Shown here piece after piece: positions 50,993 through 60,644 of a DNA stretch of 64,000 nucleotides. Origin of the DNA: Cenarchaeum sp. (lineage in GTDB: Archaea > Thermoproteota > Nitrososphaeria > Nitrososphaerales > Nitrosopumilaceae); the NCBI GenBank assembly GCA_965242695.1, contig CBDESU010000002.1, positions 928,001 to 992,000 on the forward strand, written 5' to 3'. Position 1 is the first letter of the stretch. Every line of letters begins with the position of its first letter. The notes beneath the pieces were generated by a model. The model saw only the letters and a program-made list of their open reading frames with translations. It ran no database searches and was not told the origin of the DNA. The position numbers were made by a program, and so were the translations under genes.

Positions 50993-52657
50993 GTGGGCTG
51001 CCGCCACTATTACCGGATGACGGTCAGCGGAATGCTGGTCTGCGAAAAGTGCGGAAAGAGCAAGGGCAGACGCCCCCGCCGCGGGCGGTGGGGGACGAGA
51101 CGCAGGCGGAGGAGAAAGGGCGCTAGGATGCGCGGGGGCGCAATAGCCGGCGCCTTGGTTGTGGCAGCTGTCGTCGGGATATTGGTCATGCCAGGCAGCC
51201 TAGAGATCTTTGAGGATCTGATTTCCTCTGGCGATCCGCTCGAGTCGTTGCGCGGCGACCCGCACCCGAGCTCCGAGACCCCTCCCGATTCGGGAGACGA
51301 TGCGCCGCCTCGCGCGCCCGACGGATCGTCCGGCGATCCCCGGAGCGCAATAGACCTCTTGTCGGACACAGTCTGGCCTGCCTCGCCCCTTGACTCCGAC
51401 TGGAACATGTCGTCGTCGCCGGGATCATTCGAGGTGCAGCTAGCAAGGTTCAAGGGGCAAGGTGGTAGGCCAGATGTGCTCAAGCGGGTGCTGATCCTCG
51501 ACTCCCCCACGGAGCTGTCGTTCAGCTTTGGCGATCAGAGCCGCACACACAGCCACTTTCTACTGGACACGTGGTACGAGAATCGAGGGCTGGCAGAGCT
51601 TGACAAGCGCGATACGGCCCAGGGCTTCGGAGGCACGTCACTAGCGGCCAACACGTCCCGCCCCCAGCATTTGGCAGACGGCAAAATTTGGCACACGCGT
51701 GCCGACGTACCGCCCCGGGATTCGGATCTAGTCGAGTCGCTGGTGGAAGCAGCCTACGACAGGTCCGCCTCCCTGGACCGCCTATACAACGTAGCGCTTG
51801 ATGCCATAAACGACCACAGGACGGCGATGGGTCGAGAGCCGGTGCAGCTTAGCGACAACACCGCGGCCCAGATGCACGCGCAGGATGTACTAGAGCAGCT
51901 GGCCATATCGCACTACATGTCCAACGGCGAAAAGCCGTACATGACGTACAGTATGACCGGCGGCGCCGGGTACGTAGCGCAGAACGTGGCGTTCGGCGGC
52001 TACGACCGGCCATGGCAGTGCGGCGGCTACGTCATATGCACAAAGATCGATCCGGCTACCGACATACTCGCGCACCACAACGGGATGATGTTCGACGACG
52101 CCCACGCCGACTGGGGGCACCGCGACAACATACTGGATCCCTACCACACGCACGTGAGCCTGGGGGTGGCCTACACCGACTACACGCTCGTCTTCGTACA
52201 GAACTTTGAGACCCGCCGCATCGAGGGCGTCGGCCCCACTGGTGGCCCCGCCAACCCCGTATCGCTGGACGGCGCGGGGCGGATCACGGTAGCCGGCAGT
52301 ATGGATGCGGGGCTAGGCGTGCACTCCATTGACGTGTACTATGATCCGCTGCCGTCGACTAGGACGTACAGAATGCATGCGAACGACATGTCGTACGGCC
52401 TTGGAGATCCCATAGCGTACGTCTACGAGCCACACCCATACGGGTACATCTCAATGGGCAAAACCATCATCATGGCGGATCGCTGGAATACGTCTGGAGG
52501 CACGGTTCTTATCGAGTTCGACGCGCCCGCAGGCATGTCAAAGAACGGAGCCTATACGTTCTACGTCTGGCTGACGGATGGCATACGCCCCCCATTCACG
52601 GGAACCTCAAAGACCTTCTTGGTGGGCGATCCAGCTGGTTTCAGAACACCGTGGTAG
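50993..52657 (+). CDS. membrane-anchored CAP domain protein with N-terminal Cys/His cluster
   Basis: CRH..CEKCG, poly-Arg, TM; AQMHAQD, QNVA, WGHRDNIL, QNF. Confidence 0.85.
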   Translation: MGCRHYYRMTVSGMLVCEKCGKSKGRRPRRGRWGTRRRRRRKGARMRGGAIAGALVVAAVVGILVMPGSLEIFEDLISSGDPLESLRGDPHPSSETPPDSGDDAPPRAPDGSSGDPRSAIDLLSDTVWPASPLDSDWNMSSSPGSFEVQLARFKGQGGRPDVLKRVLILDSPTELSFSFGDQSRTHSHFLLDTWYENRGLAELDKRDTAQGFGGTSLAANTSRPQHLADGKIWHTRADVPPRDSDLVESLVEAAYDRSASLDRLYNVALDAINDHRTAMGREPVQLSDNTAAQMHAQDVLEQLAISHYMSNGEKPYMTYSMTGGAGYVAQNVAFGGYDRPWQCGGYVICTKIDPATDILAHHNGMMFDDAHADWGHRDNILDPYHTHVSLGVAYTDYTLVFVQNFETRRIEGVGPTGGPANPVSLDGAGRITVAGSMDAGLGVHSIDVYYDPLPSTRTYRMHANDMSYGLGDPIAYVYEPHPYGYISMGKTIIMADRWNTSGGTVLIEFDAPAGMSKNGAYTFYVWLTDGIRPPFTGTSKTFLVGDPAGFRTPW

Positions 52658-52945
52658 GGCTTCGGCTTGTCGTGTAGCGACAGGCTTTGCTACGGGGGTG
52701 TTGAACTGCGGCGGCGTGGCCCGGAAGACGGCGCCGGACTCTTGGCGCCCGCCAGCCCTGCCTCTCCGCCTAGGGCATGGCGACGCTCGGGCATGTCCAG
52801 CCCTGTCCGCCCCCGGCGCTTTTAAGCAGGCATTCTACACCCTGATTCACAAAAGAACTGTGTCATACATTCGAGTCTCTGGTGCCCGCCACGCGCCCTC
52901 GCCGGTATTGTTCACGTCATAAAGATTTGACTTATTTTACCCAAA

Positions 52946-54178
52946 CTATTTGACGCGGTCAGGGTCTGCAAACAGTGGGATGTATTTTTTGGGCGACTTC
53001 GGTACCGGTTGATCGCCGTATTTGCGGATTATATAATTCAACGCTCCTTCTTTACCATGTCGATTTTTTCTTCGCTTTATGTTTCGCCTGTATGCATACG
53101 GACTTCTCAATAGATATTTCCAAAGGTTGAGGCGAGGGTTTAACATAGTGTTAAGGTATCTTAGTGTCTTCCGCCTCTTTTTTGTAATACTTGAAAAATA
53201 TTCATCATAGAACTCGGCAAGCTTGGTTTGGCGCCAATTTGCCTCCTGTAGACTCAAGTATGACGACCCCGGTGGAAGATAAAATATGATTATCATGTTT
53301 TCCATCTTGTCAATGAAATCCTTTAGTTTCTTGGACTTGTGCCATCCTGCGTTGTCAGAGATCACCACGATTGGGCCGAATTCTTCGACCGCTTTTTTCA
53401 AAAGCTTGATGACACCATCAGTGTTGGCTGCGTCGTACATAACGTTGCAATGCCGAGCAACGCCATTTTTGTCGGGCTCGGTGGTCAGTCCCAGTGCGAC
53501 ACACTTGGAACCCTCTCCAATGTAGGGCACCTTGACGGCCTCGCCCGGGGGCGACCAGTAGATCAGCTTGCCGTTCGCGTCTTGGTATACTATCATCTCG
53601 TCCTCGATCACCACTAGATAACCCTCTTTTTTGAGCGCCAAAATCTGGGGTAGGACCACTTTGCGCCAGTAGTAGACCTCGTGCGGTTCGGGCGATCCAA
53701 CGTGTGCCTTCTCTGCCTTCTTTCCGGTCAGGCCTTCCTCGTGCAGTATGCGCAGGGCCTGCCTTTTGGACATTCTTAACTTGCACAGTTTGTACATTTC
53801 AGTGATAAGCTTGCGGGGGGTAATACGACCGCCGTTTTTCTTGATATTTTTGATCGCCTTTTTGACCAGTTTGCGATCATAAACGTGCGGTCGTCCCTGC
53901 CCGCCCTTATCGTACAGCCCGTTGACCCCCTTCAAGGTGAATCTTTTCATGTAATTTCTGACCGAACCTGTGGATACGCTTAGCTCTTCCGCGGTCATTT
54001 TGCAGGCCTTTGTTTTTTTCATTTTTGATTTTTTGATCTTTACGCGAACAGAATTAACAACTAGCATTCTTTTTAGAGCCCTTGGATCTTTCTCCACCTT
54101 GATTGCTCTTTGGAGATTTCCTAACCTCATTGCCCGCCGACGCTCAGCGGGGTCTATTATATCTAGGCCTGCGTCCAA
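52946..54178 (-). mobile_element. IS630-family transposase
   Basis: HTH + GRP, DE, DNAGWH, LPPGSSYLSLQEANW (variant of the PELNPIE region); sharply lower GC. Confidence 0.88.
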
Positions 54179-54548
54179 ATGCCTAGAATGAAAAATTGAG
54201 TATCAGCTTTTTAGTATAAATGATTAAAATCTATGGAATCAATTGATATCAAATCAAGTCCTGGGTGGAGTGTATGCAACCACATCGTCTGCAATCGATC
54301 GTTAATGGTTGATGGTTGGCTTGCTTCACAATTAGTGTCAAAACTTTATGTCCTAAACAATACGTGGTGCGACGGTGACTATTCTAGGCTACATTGGTGG
54401 TTGGCTAGTGGCATTGCGCTTATAATACGGGAATAATCACTCCGGGCATGTATGCAGGAAGCGGGACCGCGGGGATGGTGGATGCCATGATCAGTATGTC
54501 ATCCACGTCTCGATGCTTGGCCTGTACAACAAAAGACGGTGTACACTT

Positions 54549-56039
54549 ATGAGAACAGGCGGGCGCGGGACAGGAACGCGGCGCCCGGCCACGGGCGGGC
54601 GCGGGACAGGAACGCGGCGCCCGGCCACGGGCGGGCGCGGGACAGGAACGCGGCGCCCGGCCACGGGCGGGCGCGGGACAGGAACGCGGCGCCCGGCCAC
54701 GGGCGGGCGCGGGACAGGAACGCGGCGCCCGGCCACGGGCGGGCGCGGGACTACCAAGCGTCAGGTACATTATCTGGTCGAATTCCGGTTTCATGGAGTG
54801 GCCAAGGAGATGATGCGAGATATCACATTCAACGTGCAGAAGTTTTTTAGGGAGCCCCAACAACGCGCATCGCAACATCGAATGGTGCCACATATGACGT
54901 TAGCTGGTCCGCTGACAACGGAAGATGAGGGCAGGCTTGTACGGGAAGTCGTGTCCATATGTGAGAAATATCAAATTATCAAATTTCAGTTATCCGGATT
55001 TGACAAATTTGATGACCGAGTAATTCATGTAAAAGTCAATCCGTCACCTTTGTTAATTTCTTTCCAAAAAGGGATTGTGAGAAGACTAAAAGATTTTTGT
55101 GAAATGAGTGAACATGACGATCCCAATCGCACTTTTAGATTCCACGTCACGCTTTATAAGAATAAGGATGGGATACGAAACTTTCATAAAATTTGGAATT
55201 TTGTTAACACGTTTCGCATTCCAGAATTTGATCTACATCTGGCTCGTGTCACAATATTAAAAAATGGCCGCATTCTTTGCGAGCATGATCTCATACTTGA
55301 AAAGACCCTTGACCGGCGCGAAGCACTGAGTAACACTCTGGATGAAAAAACCGATCGTCGTCTAGCAGAGGTTGTCGTCCCGCCTACTATTGAATACCTC
55401 CAAATCGACGATCGGGAGAAAGTCTACGTGATTAGTGACCTACACTTTGATCACACAAACATAATCCGGTACTGCGAGCGCCCGTTTTCAAATACAGACG
55501 AAATGAACCGCAAGATGGTGGAAAAATGGACCAACACGGTGGAGTACAACGACAAGGTATTTTTCCTCGGTGACATGACATACGGCACGAATAAGCATCG
55601 CAACAGGGTTCATCGGCCAATTGACTTCTGGCTTCAAATGCTCACCGGTAATATCAGGTTTATACGCGGTAACCACGATACGGGAATCATAACCAAAGCA
55701 AAAGTTATTCCAACTCACTACGGTATTATGTACCAAGGGCATAAATTCCTGCTAGCGCACGATCCGTACCGCCCCGACGGGTTTGACGGGTGGCTTATAC
55801 ACGGGGACAAGCACAACAACGATCTAGATCGATACCCCTTTGTCAACCAGAAAAGAAAAACGATAAATGTCTGTGCCGAGCTTATTGACTACGAGCCGAT
55901 ATCCCTAGATTCTCTTGTTGAGATAATCGACACAGGTAGGCCCCATCGTGCCTTGAAGCCTGCCCCTCGGCGCGCAAATCGCGTGTTAGAGGGGACTAGG
56001 GGGGCGGGCGGGCGGAGAAATCGGCCTCGGCGGGGCTAG
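54549..56039 (+). CDS. 2H phosphoesterase fused to calcineurin-like metallophosphoesterase
   Basis: PHMTL and FHVTL; SDLHF.H, GD, GNHD, H.P, HGDKH; low GC. Confidence 0.88.
   Translation: MRTGGRGTGTRRPATGGRGTGTRRPATGGRGTGTRRPATGGRGTGTRRPATGGRGTGTRRPATGGRGTTKRQVHYLVEFRFHGVAKEMMRDITFNVQKFFREPQQRASQHRMVPHMTLAGPLTTEDEGRLVREVVSICEKYQIIKFQLSGFDKFDDRVIHVKVNPSPLLISFQKGIVRRLKDFCEMSEHDDPNRTFRFHVTLYKNKDGIRNFHKIWNFVNTFRIPEFDLHLARVTILKNGRILCEHDLILEKTLDRREALSNTLDEKTDRRLAEVVVPPTIEYLQIDDREKVYVISDLHFDHTNIIRYCERPFSNTDEMNRKMVEKWTNTVEYNDKVFFLGDMTYGTNKHRNRVHRPIDFWLQMLTGNIRFIRGNHDTGIITKAKVIPTHYGIMYQGHKFLLAHDPYRPDGFDGWLIHGDKHNNDLDRYPFVNQKRKTINVCAELIDYEPISLDSLVEIIDTGRPHRALKPAPRRANRVLEGTRGAGGRRNRPRRG
54558..54751 (+). 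repeat. 36-bp in-frame tandem repeat, about 5.4 copies (GGRGTGTRRPAT)
   Basis: Perfect units starting 54558, 54594, 54630, 54666, 54702, 54738. Confidence 0.95.
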
Positions 56040-56207
56040 TGATACTGCACATGCACACGTTGTAGGTGTCCGCAGGTCGCCCTGTTCTGCCCCGTAGCCT
56101 CTTGCGCTCCTGACATGGCGCCCAGTAATGATCTCCCCCCTGTCTAGCCGGGCGGGAATCGCCGCCCGCGGGCGACCACTTTTATACCCAATTTGGGCCG
56201 CGCCGCC

Positions 56208-57362
56208 GTGGAATCGGTCTGCGTCCTGGGCGCCGGCAGCACGAAGTACGGCAAGCTTGAAGACAGCATAGCCGACATCACGGTGCAGGCGTCGGCAGAG
56301 GCGATCAAGAGCGCCGGCGTCGAGCCAAAGGAGATCGGCGCAGGCTACATCTCGAACGTGTTCGGCGTGGCCGACAAGCAGGTCCACCTCGGCCCCGTCG
56401 TCATGAGCAGCCTGGGCATACCCGAGAGGCCGTCCCTGTCGATCGAGTCGGCCTGCGGCAGCGGCTCGGTCTCGTTCCGCGAGGCGTTCGCCAACGTGGC
56501 CGCCGGCTTCTACGATGCCGTCCTGGTCACGGGCACCGAAAAGGTCACCCACACGGGGACAGAGTGGACGACGACCTACTTTTCGTACTGCTCGGACTTT
56601 TTCTACGAGGGCGGCGCCGGCGCGTCGTTCCCGGGCCTGTTCGCGTCCATGGCCCGCGCCTACCTGACCGAGTTCGACGCGACCGAGGAGGACCTCGCCG
56701 AGGTGGCCGTCAAGAACCACGACAACGGCCTGCTCAACCCCAAGGCGCACCTCCGCAAGCGCATAACGGTCGACGACGTGATGGGCTCGGCCGTCGTGGC
56801 CAGCCCGCTAAAGCTCTACGACTGCTGCCCGTTCTCGGACGGGGCAAGCTCGGTCGTCCTGTGCACCGAGAGGTTCGCAAGGGAGCACGGGGGAGACTAC
56901 GTCAAGGTGGTCGGCTCGGGCCGGGGCGGCTCGCCGGCGGCGCTGCAGGGCCGCGACCGGATCACGACCATACCAAGCACCCGCATCGCGGCCGAGGCGG
57001 CGTACAAGATGGCCGGCATGTCGCCCAGGGACATCGACCTTGCCGAGGTGCACGACTGCTTTACCATAGCCGAGGTCGTCGACAGCGAGGACCTCGGCTT
57101 CTTCGAGAAGGGGACGGGCGCAAAGGCCGCCAAGGAGGGAAGGACGGCGCGCGGCGGCGATATTCCGATCAACCCGTCCGGCGGCCTAAAGTCCAAGGGG
57201 CACCCGATAGGCGCGACCGGCGTAGGGCAGGTCGCCGAGGTGTACGACCAGCTTGCAGGCCGCGCCGGCGAGCGGACGGTCAAGGGGGCGAGGACGGCGC
57301 TGACCCACAACTTTGGCGCAACCGGCGCGAGCTGCGCCGTCCACATATTCCAGAGTGTGTAG
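56208..57362 (+). CDS. thiolase (acetyl-CoA acetyltransferase, archaeal SCP2 type)
   Basis: ESACGSG, EVHDCF, GHPIGATG, HNFG; TTTTATA upstream. Confidence 0.95.
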   Translation: MESVCVLGAGSTKYGKLEDSIADITVQASAEAIKSAGVEPKEIGAGYISNVFGVADKQVHLGPVVMSSLGIPERPSLSIESACGSGSVSFREAFANVAAGFYDAVLVTGTEKVTHTGTEWTTTYFSYCSDFFYEGGAGASFPGLFASMARAYLTEFDATEEDLAEVAVKNHDNGLLNPKAHLRKRITVDDVMGSAVVASPLKLYDCCPFSDGASSVVLCTERFAREHGGDYVKVVGSGRGGSPAALQGRDRITTIPSTRIAAEAAYKMAGMSPRDIDLAEVHDCFTIAEVVDSEDLGFFEKGTGAKAAKEGRTARGGDIPINPSGGLKSKGHPIGATGVGQVAEVYDQLAGRAGERTVKGARTALTHNFGATGASCAVHIFQSV

Positions 57363-57364
57363 GC

Positions 57365-57796
57365 ATGGACGGCGGGAATGCAGGGCAGGTGCAGCGGCAA
57401 GAGGGCGCCGGCGGGGGAGACGCCGCGCCCCGGGCGGCAAAGCGGGAGTTCATCCGGCTCGCCGAGCAGGGAAAGGTGCTCGCGCGCAAGTGCGCAAAGT
57501 GCGGCCGCCTCGACCTGGCGACGGCCTACTTTTGCCGCCTGTGCGGAGGCGGCGAGTTCGTCGATGCGGTGCTGGAGGGGCGCGGCCGGGTCGCCACGTA
57601 CACGATAATTACGGTGCCGCCCGAGGGGTTCGAGGGGCACACCCCGTACGCGTGGGTCGTGCTGGACCTTGACGGCTGCGACCTGCGCCTGTCGGGGTTC
57701 ATGGCGGGGATAGGCTCGCCGGCCGACCTGCCCGTCGGCACGCCCGCCAGGGTCGTCGGGCGCGACGAGCGGGGCGTCGTAATCGAGACCGTATAG
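57365..57796 (+). CDS. DUF35 zinc-ribbon/OB-fold thiolase partner
   Basis: CAKCG..CRLCG, GRVATYT, PYAW; follows the thiolase. Confidence 0.9.
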   Translation: MDGGNAGQVQRQEGAGGGDAAPRAAKREFIRLAEQGKVLARKCAKCGRLDLATAYFCRLCGGGEFVDAVLEGRGRVATYTIITVPPEGFEGHTPYAWVVLDLDGCDLRLSGFMAGIGSPADLPVGTPARVVGRDERGVVIETV

Positions 57797-57847
57797 GGGG
57801 TGAGACAGGATGGCCCGCCGCCGCAAGCCATACAGGATCTGGTTGCC

Positions 57848-58009
57848 ATGCCCATAGAGGTCGCCTGCGGCAAGTGCGGCGCAGTCATCGACACCATGAG
57901 GATGCTAAAGTCCGTCAAGGAGGTTGCAAGAAAGCACGGGGGCCGCTGCCCGTCGTGCGGGCAGGCCCTGTCGACGACCGACTTTGTGGTCGAGGCGGAC
58001 GAGCGGTAG
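57848..58009 (+). CDS. small zinc-finger protein
   Basis: CGKCG...CPSCG. Confidence 0.7.
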   Translation: MPIEVACGKCGAVIDTMRMLKSVKEVARKHGGRCPSCGQALSTTDFVVEADER

Positions 58010-58092
58010 AGCCGGCCGAGTCCGGTCTCTTCCCCCTCCCGCCCCGGGCCCCCTCTAAAGTCTTATTTAGTCCGGCTTTCGATCGCCGCCGA

Positions 58093-60171
58093 ATGGCGCT
58101 GCACAGCGGGGTTGTAGAGCATAAAAGGGCGGAAATTCCGGCCACTCCCCGCCGCGTCCGAATGATCTTTTCGGTAATGGCAAGCCCGAGCCGCATCGAC
58201 ATCCTCCGCATACTCAACGCGCGCGGGATGATGTCGTACTCTGACCTCAAGGCGCTCGCGGGGTTCAGGTCGAAGAAGGAGAGCGGCAAGTTCGCGTACC
58301 ACCTGCGCAAGCTGTCCAAGCAGTCGCTCGTCGCGCTCAACAAGACGGAGAAGCGCTACGCGCTGACCAACCTCGGCAAGCTCGTGCTGAGCCTCGCCAA
58401 GCAGATCGAGGAGAGGTCGGTCGTCGAGAGCAGCAAGCTCTACGTGCGGACGTCGATCGACTCGATCGACGAGTTCCAGGCCACGCGCATAACGCAGTCG
58501 CTCTCGCGCGAGGCAGGGATGCCGCCGGACCTGGCCGAAAAGATCACAGAGGCCGTCGAGTCGCGCATATACAACATCCAGCCGACCTACGTGACGGGAT
58601 CGCTCATCCGCGACATGGCCAACGCCGTCCTGCTCGAGCAGGGGCACGAAGAGTACCTCTCAAAGCTCGCCAGGTTCGGGATGCCGGCGCACGACGTGCA
58701 GGAGATGCTGTCAAACGTCGACCGCATCGACCGCGGCTCCGAGGGCGTCCTGTCGATGACTGGAAAGACCGTGCTCGCCGAGCGCCTCTTGTCCAGCGTC
58801 CTGCCAAAGGACGTCGCCGACCAGCACTACTCGGGCGACCTGCACATCGACGGGCCCGGCACGTGGTCGCTCCTGCCCGACACCGTATTCGTCAGCCTGC
58901 GCGAGCTCGTCTCGGACGGCCTCGACCTCGGGGGCAAGTTCCTCGGCACCTCGCGCGTGCCGGCCCCAAAGACCCTCTCCGAGACGCTCACCGCGGTGTC
59001 GATGGCCGTCGCGATGGTCTCGAGGGAGGCCGCGCACGAGGTCGTGCTCGACGGGCTGCAGCACCTGCTAGCCAGGCATGCAAAGGACCCCGGCCTTGAG
59101 GAGGGGCTCGCCTGCGCGCTCGCCTCGTCGTCCGCGTCGTCCGTGCACGGCACGGGGCTGCCGCGCATCTCGCTGCGCGTGGCGCTCGGCAGCGAGACGC
59201 GGGCGGTCGCCGCGATCATGGCCGCCTACGCGCGGTACGCGAGGATCACGCCGCTGCCCAACGTCTGCCTCGTCGTCGACCGGTCGCGCGGCCGGCTGTC
59301 CGACTGCGCCGGCGCGCTAGCCGAGGCCGTCTCGCTAGGGGGGCGCGTCATGCTCGCCAAGGGCGCCTCGTCGAGCGCGGGCCTCTCGCACGAGCTCGCC
59401 AGGGAGTCGCCCCTGTCGATAAACCTCCAGTCCGTCTCGCTGAACCTGCCGCGCCTGGCAATAGAGTCGAACAAGGACGAGACGTACTTTAGGGCCCGCG
59501 TCGCGCTGCTCATGCCGCCGGCCCTGCTGGCCATGTCGCAGCGCAAGAAGGAGATATCCGACCTGACGAGGCGCGGCCTGAACCCGCTGCTTGCCCGCAC
59601 CACGCAGTACATGCAGCGCGGCAAGGTCTCGCTCGTCGTCAACCTGACGGGCCTGCAGGAGGCCGTCGCAGGGTTCCTGGGGTACGGGGACACCGGGGAG
59701 GGGCGCGCCGTCATGCACAGGGTGGTCGAGACGGCCGTCGACACGGCCGCCAAGAAGTCCAAGGAGCTCGGCGAGGACGTGCGCGTGTGCATCGCCGAGA
59801 CGGCGGGGTCGTCGCGCTTTGTAGAGCTGGACGGACAAAAGTACAAGAAGGGCGAGGTCGTCGCCGTCGCCGGGTCCGGATCGTACTCGGACTGCGCCGT
59901 CCTCGACGCCTCGGCGGACTACTTCAAGGACGACATCGAGATATCCGAGTACAACCGCCTGGCGTCCGAGCTCACCGGGGGGCTTATGGTGCGCCTCGAC
60001 ATGGGGGAGCGCCGCTCGCCGGACGAGATAAGGCGGGCAATCGCAAAGTTCTCGCCCCTGCTGCCGTCGTTCATGCCCGCCGTGCGCGTGCCGATCTGCG
60101 GCGCGTGCGGCTACAAGGACGCGGCGATCTCGGAAAAGTGCCCGCAGTGCCGCTCGCCGTACATCATATAG
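58093..60171 (+). CDS. ArsR-type HTH + ATP-cone + degenerate class III RNR (NrdD-like) fusion
   Basis: RIDILRIL..FAYHLRKL HTH; VRTS..EF..I..SL..EAG ATP cone; HYSGDLHI, SLNLPRLA; terminal CGACG..CPQC. Confidence 0.85.
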   Translation: MALHSGVVEHKRAEIPATPRRVRMIFSVMASPSRIDILRILNARGMMSYSDLKALAGFRSKKESGKFAYHLRKLSKQSLVALNKTEKRYALTNLGKLVLSLAKQIEERSVVESSKLYVRTSIDSIDEFQATRITQSLSREAGMPPDLAEKITEAVESRIYNIQPTYVTGSLIRDMANAVLLEQGHEEYLSKLARFGMPAHDVQEMLSNVDRIDRGSEGVLSMTGKTVLAERLLSSVLPKDVADQHYSGDLHIDGPGTWSLLPDTVFVSLRELVSDGLDLGGKFLGTSRVPAPKTLSETLTAVSMAVAMVSREAAHEVVLDGLQHLLARHAKDPGLEEGLACALASSSASSVHGTGLPRISLRVALGSETRAVAAIMAAYARYARITPLPNVCLVVDRSRGRLSDCAGALAEAVSLGGRVMLAKGASSSAGLSHELARESPLSINLQSVSLNLPRLAIESNKDETYFRARVALLMPPALLAMSQRKKEISDLTRRGLNPLLARTTQYMQRGKVSLVVNLTGLQEAVAGFLGYGDTGEGRAVMHRVVETAVDTAAKKSKELGEDVRVCIAETAGSSRFVELDGQKYKKGEVVAVAGSGSYSDCAVLDASADYFKDDIEISEYNRLASELTGGLMVRLDMGERRSPDEIRRAIAKFSPLLPSFMPAVRVPICGACGYKDAAISEKCPQCRSPYII

Positions 60172-60237
60172 TACGACTCTCACCACTCATCCTCTTCCTC
60201 CTGGCCTCCCGAGCTGGCCGTCCGGCCCGAGCTGCAC

Positions 60238-60530
60238 CGCGGCCCGGCCCGGCCCGGCCCGGCCCGCCTCCCCGGCCCGGCCCGGCCCGCCTCCCCGGCC
60301 CGGCCCGGCCCGCCTCCCCGGCCCGGCCCGCCTCCCCGGCCCGGCCCGGCCCGGCCCGGCCCGCCTCCCCGGCCTCTCAGCCGCTCCCCGGCCCGGCCCC
60401 CTCCCCGGGGCGATCGCACCTCCCCGCCCGGCCCCGGCCCGGCCCCCTCCCCGGGGCGATCGCACCTCCCCGCCCGGCCCCGGCCCCCCTTCCCCGGCCC
60501 GGCCCCTGCCCCGCCGCCGGCCCCCTCCCG
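60238..60530. repeat. C-rich low-complexity (CCCGG)n/CTCCCCGG microsatellite
   Basis: Directly visible imperfect 5-mer array. Confidence 0.85.
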
Positions 60531-60644
60531 CCCCTAAGACCCCCCACGGTGGTCAGCTAAGTTTGACCTACCGCCGGCCCCAAAACTGACCTGAGAATTG
60601 AAAACCTTATACGCGGCCGTTTGGCCGGCCCGCTTGCGATCCCC

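Noticed and set aside
52915-54265. Terminal inverted repeats of the IS630 element
   Set aside because: Only a weak match (AAGATTTGACTT near 52922 vs AAATCAAGTCCT near 54251); ends not defined
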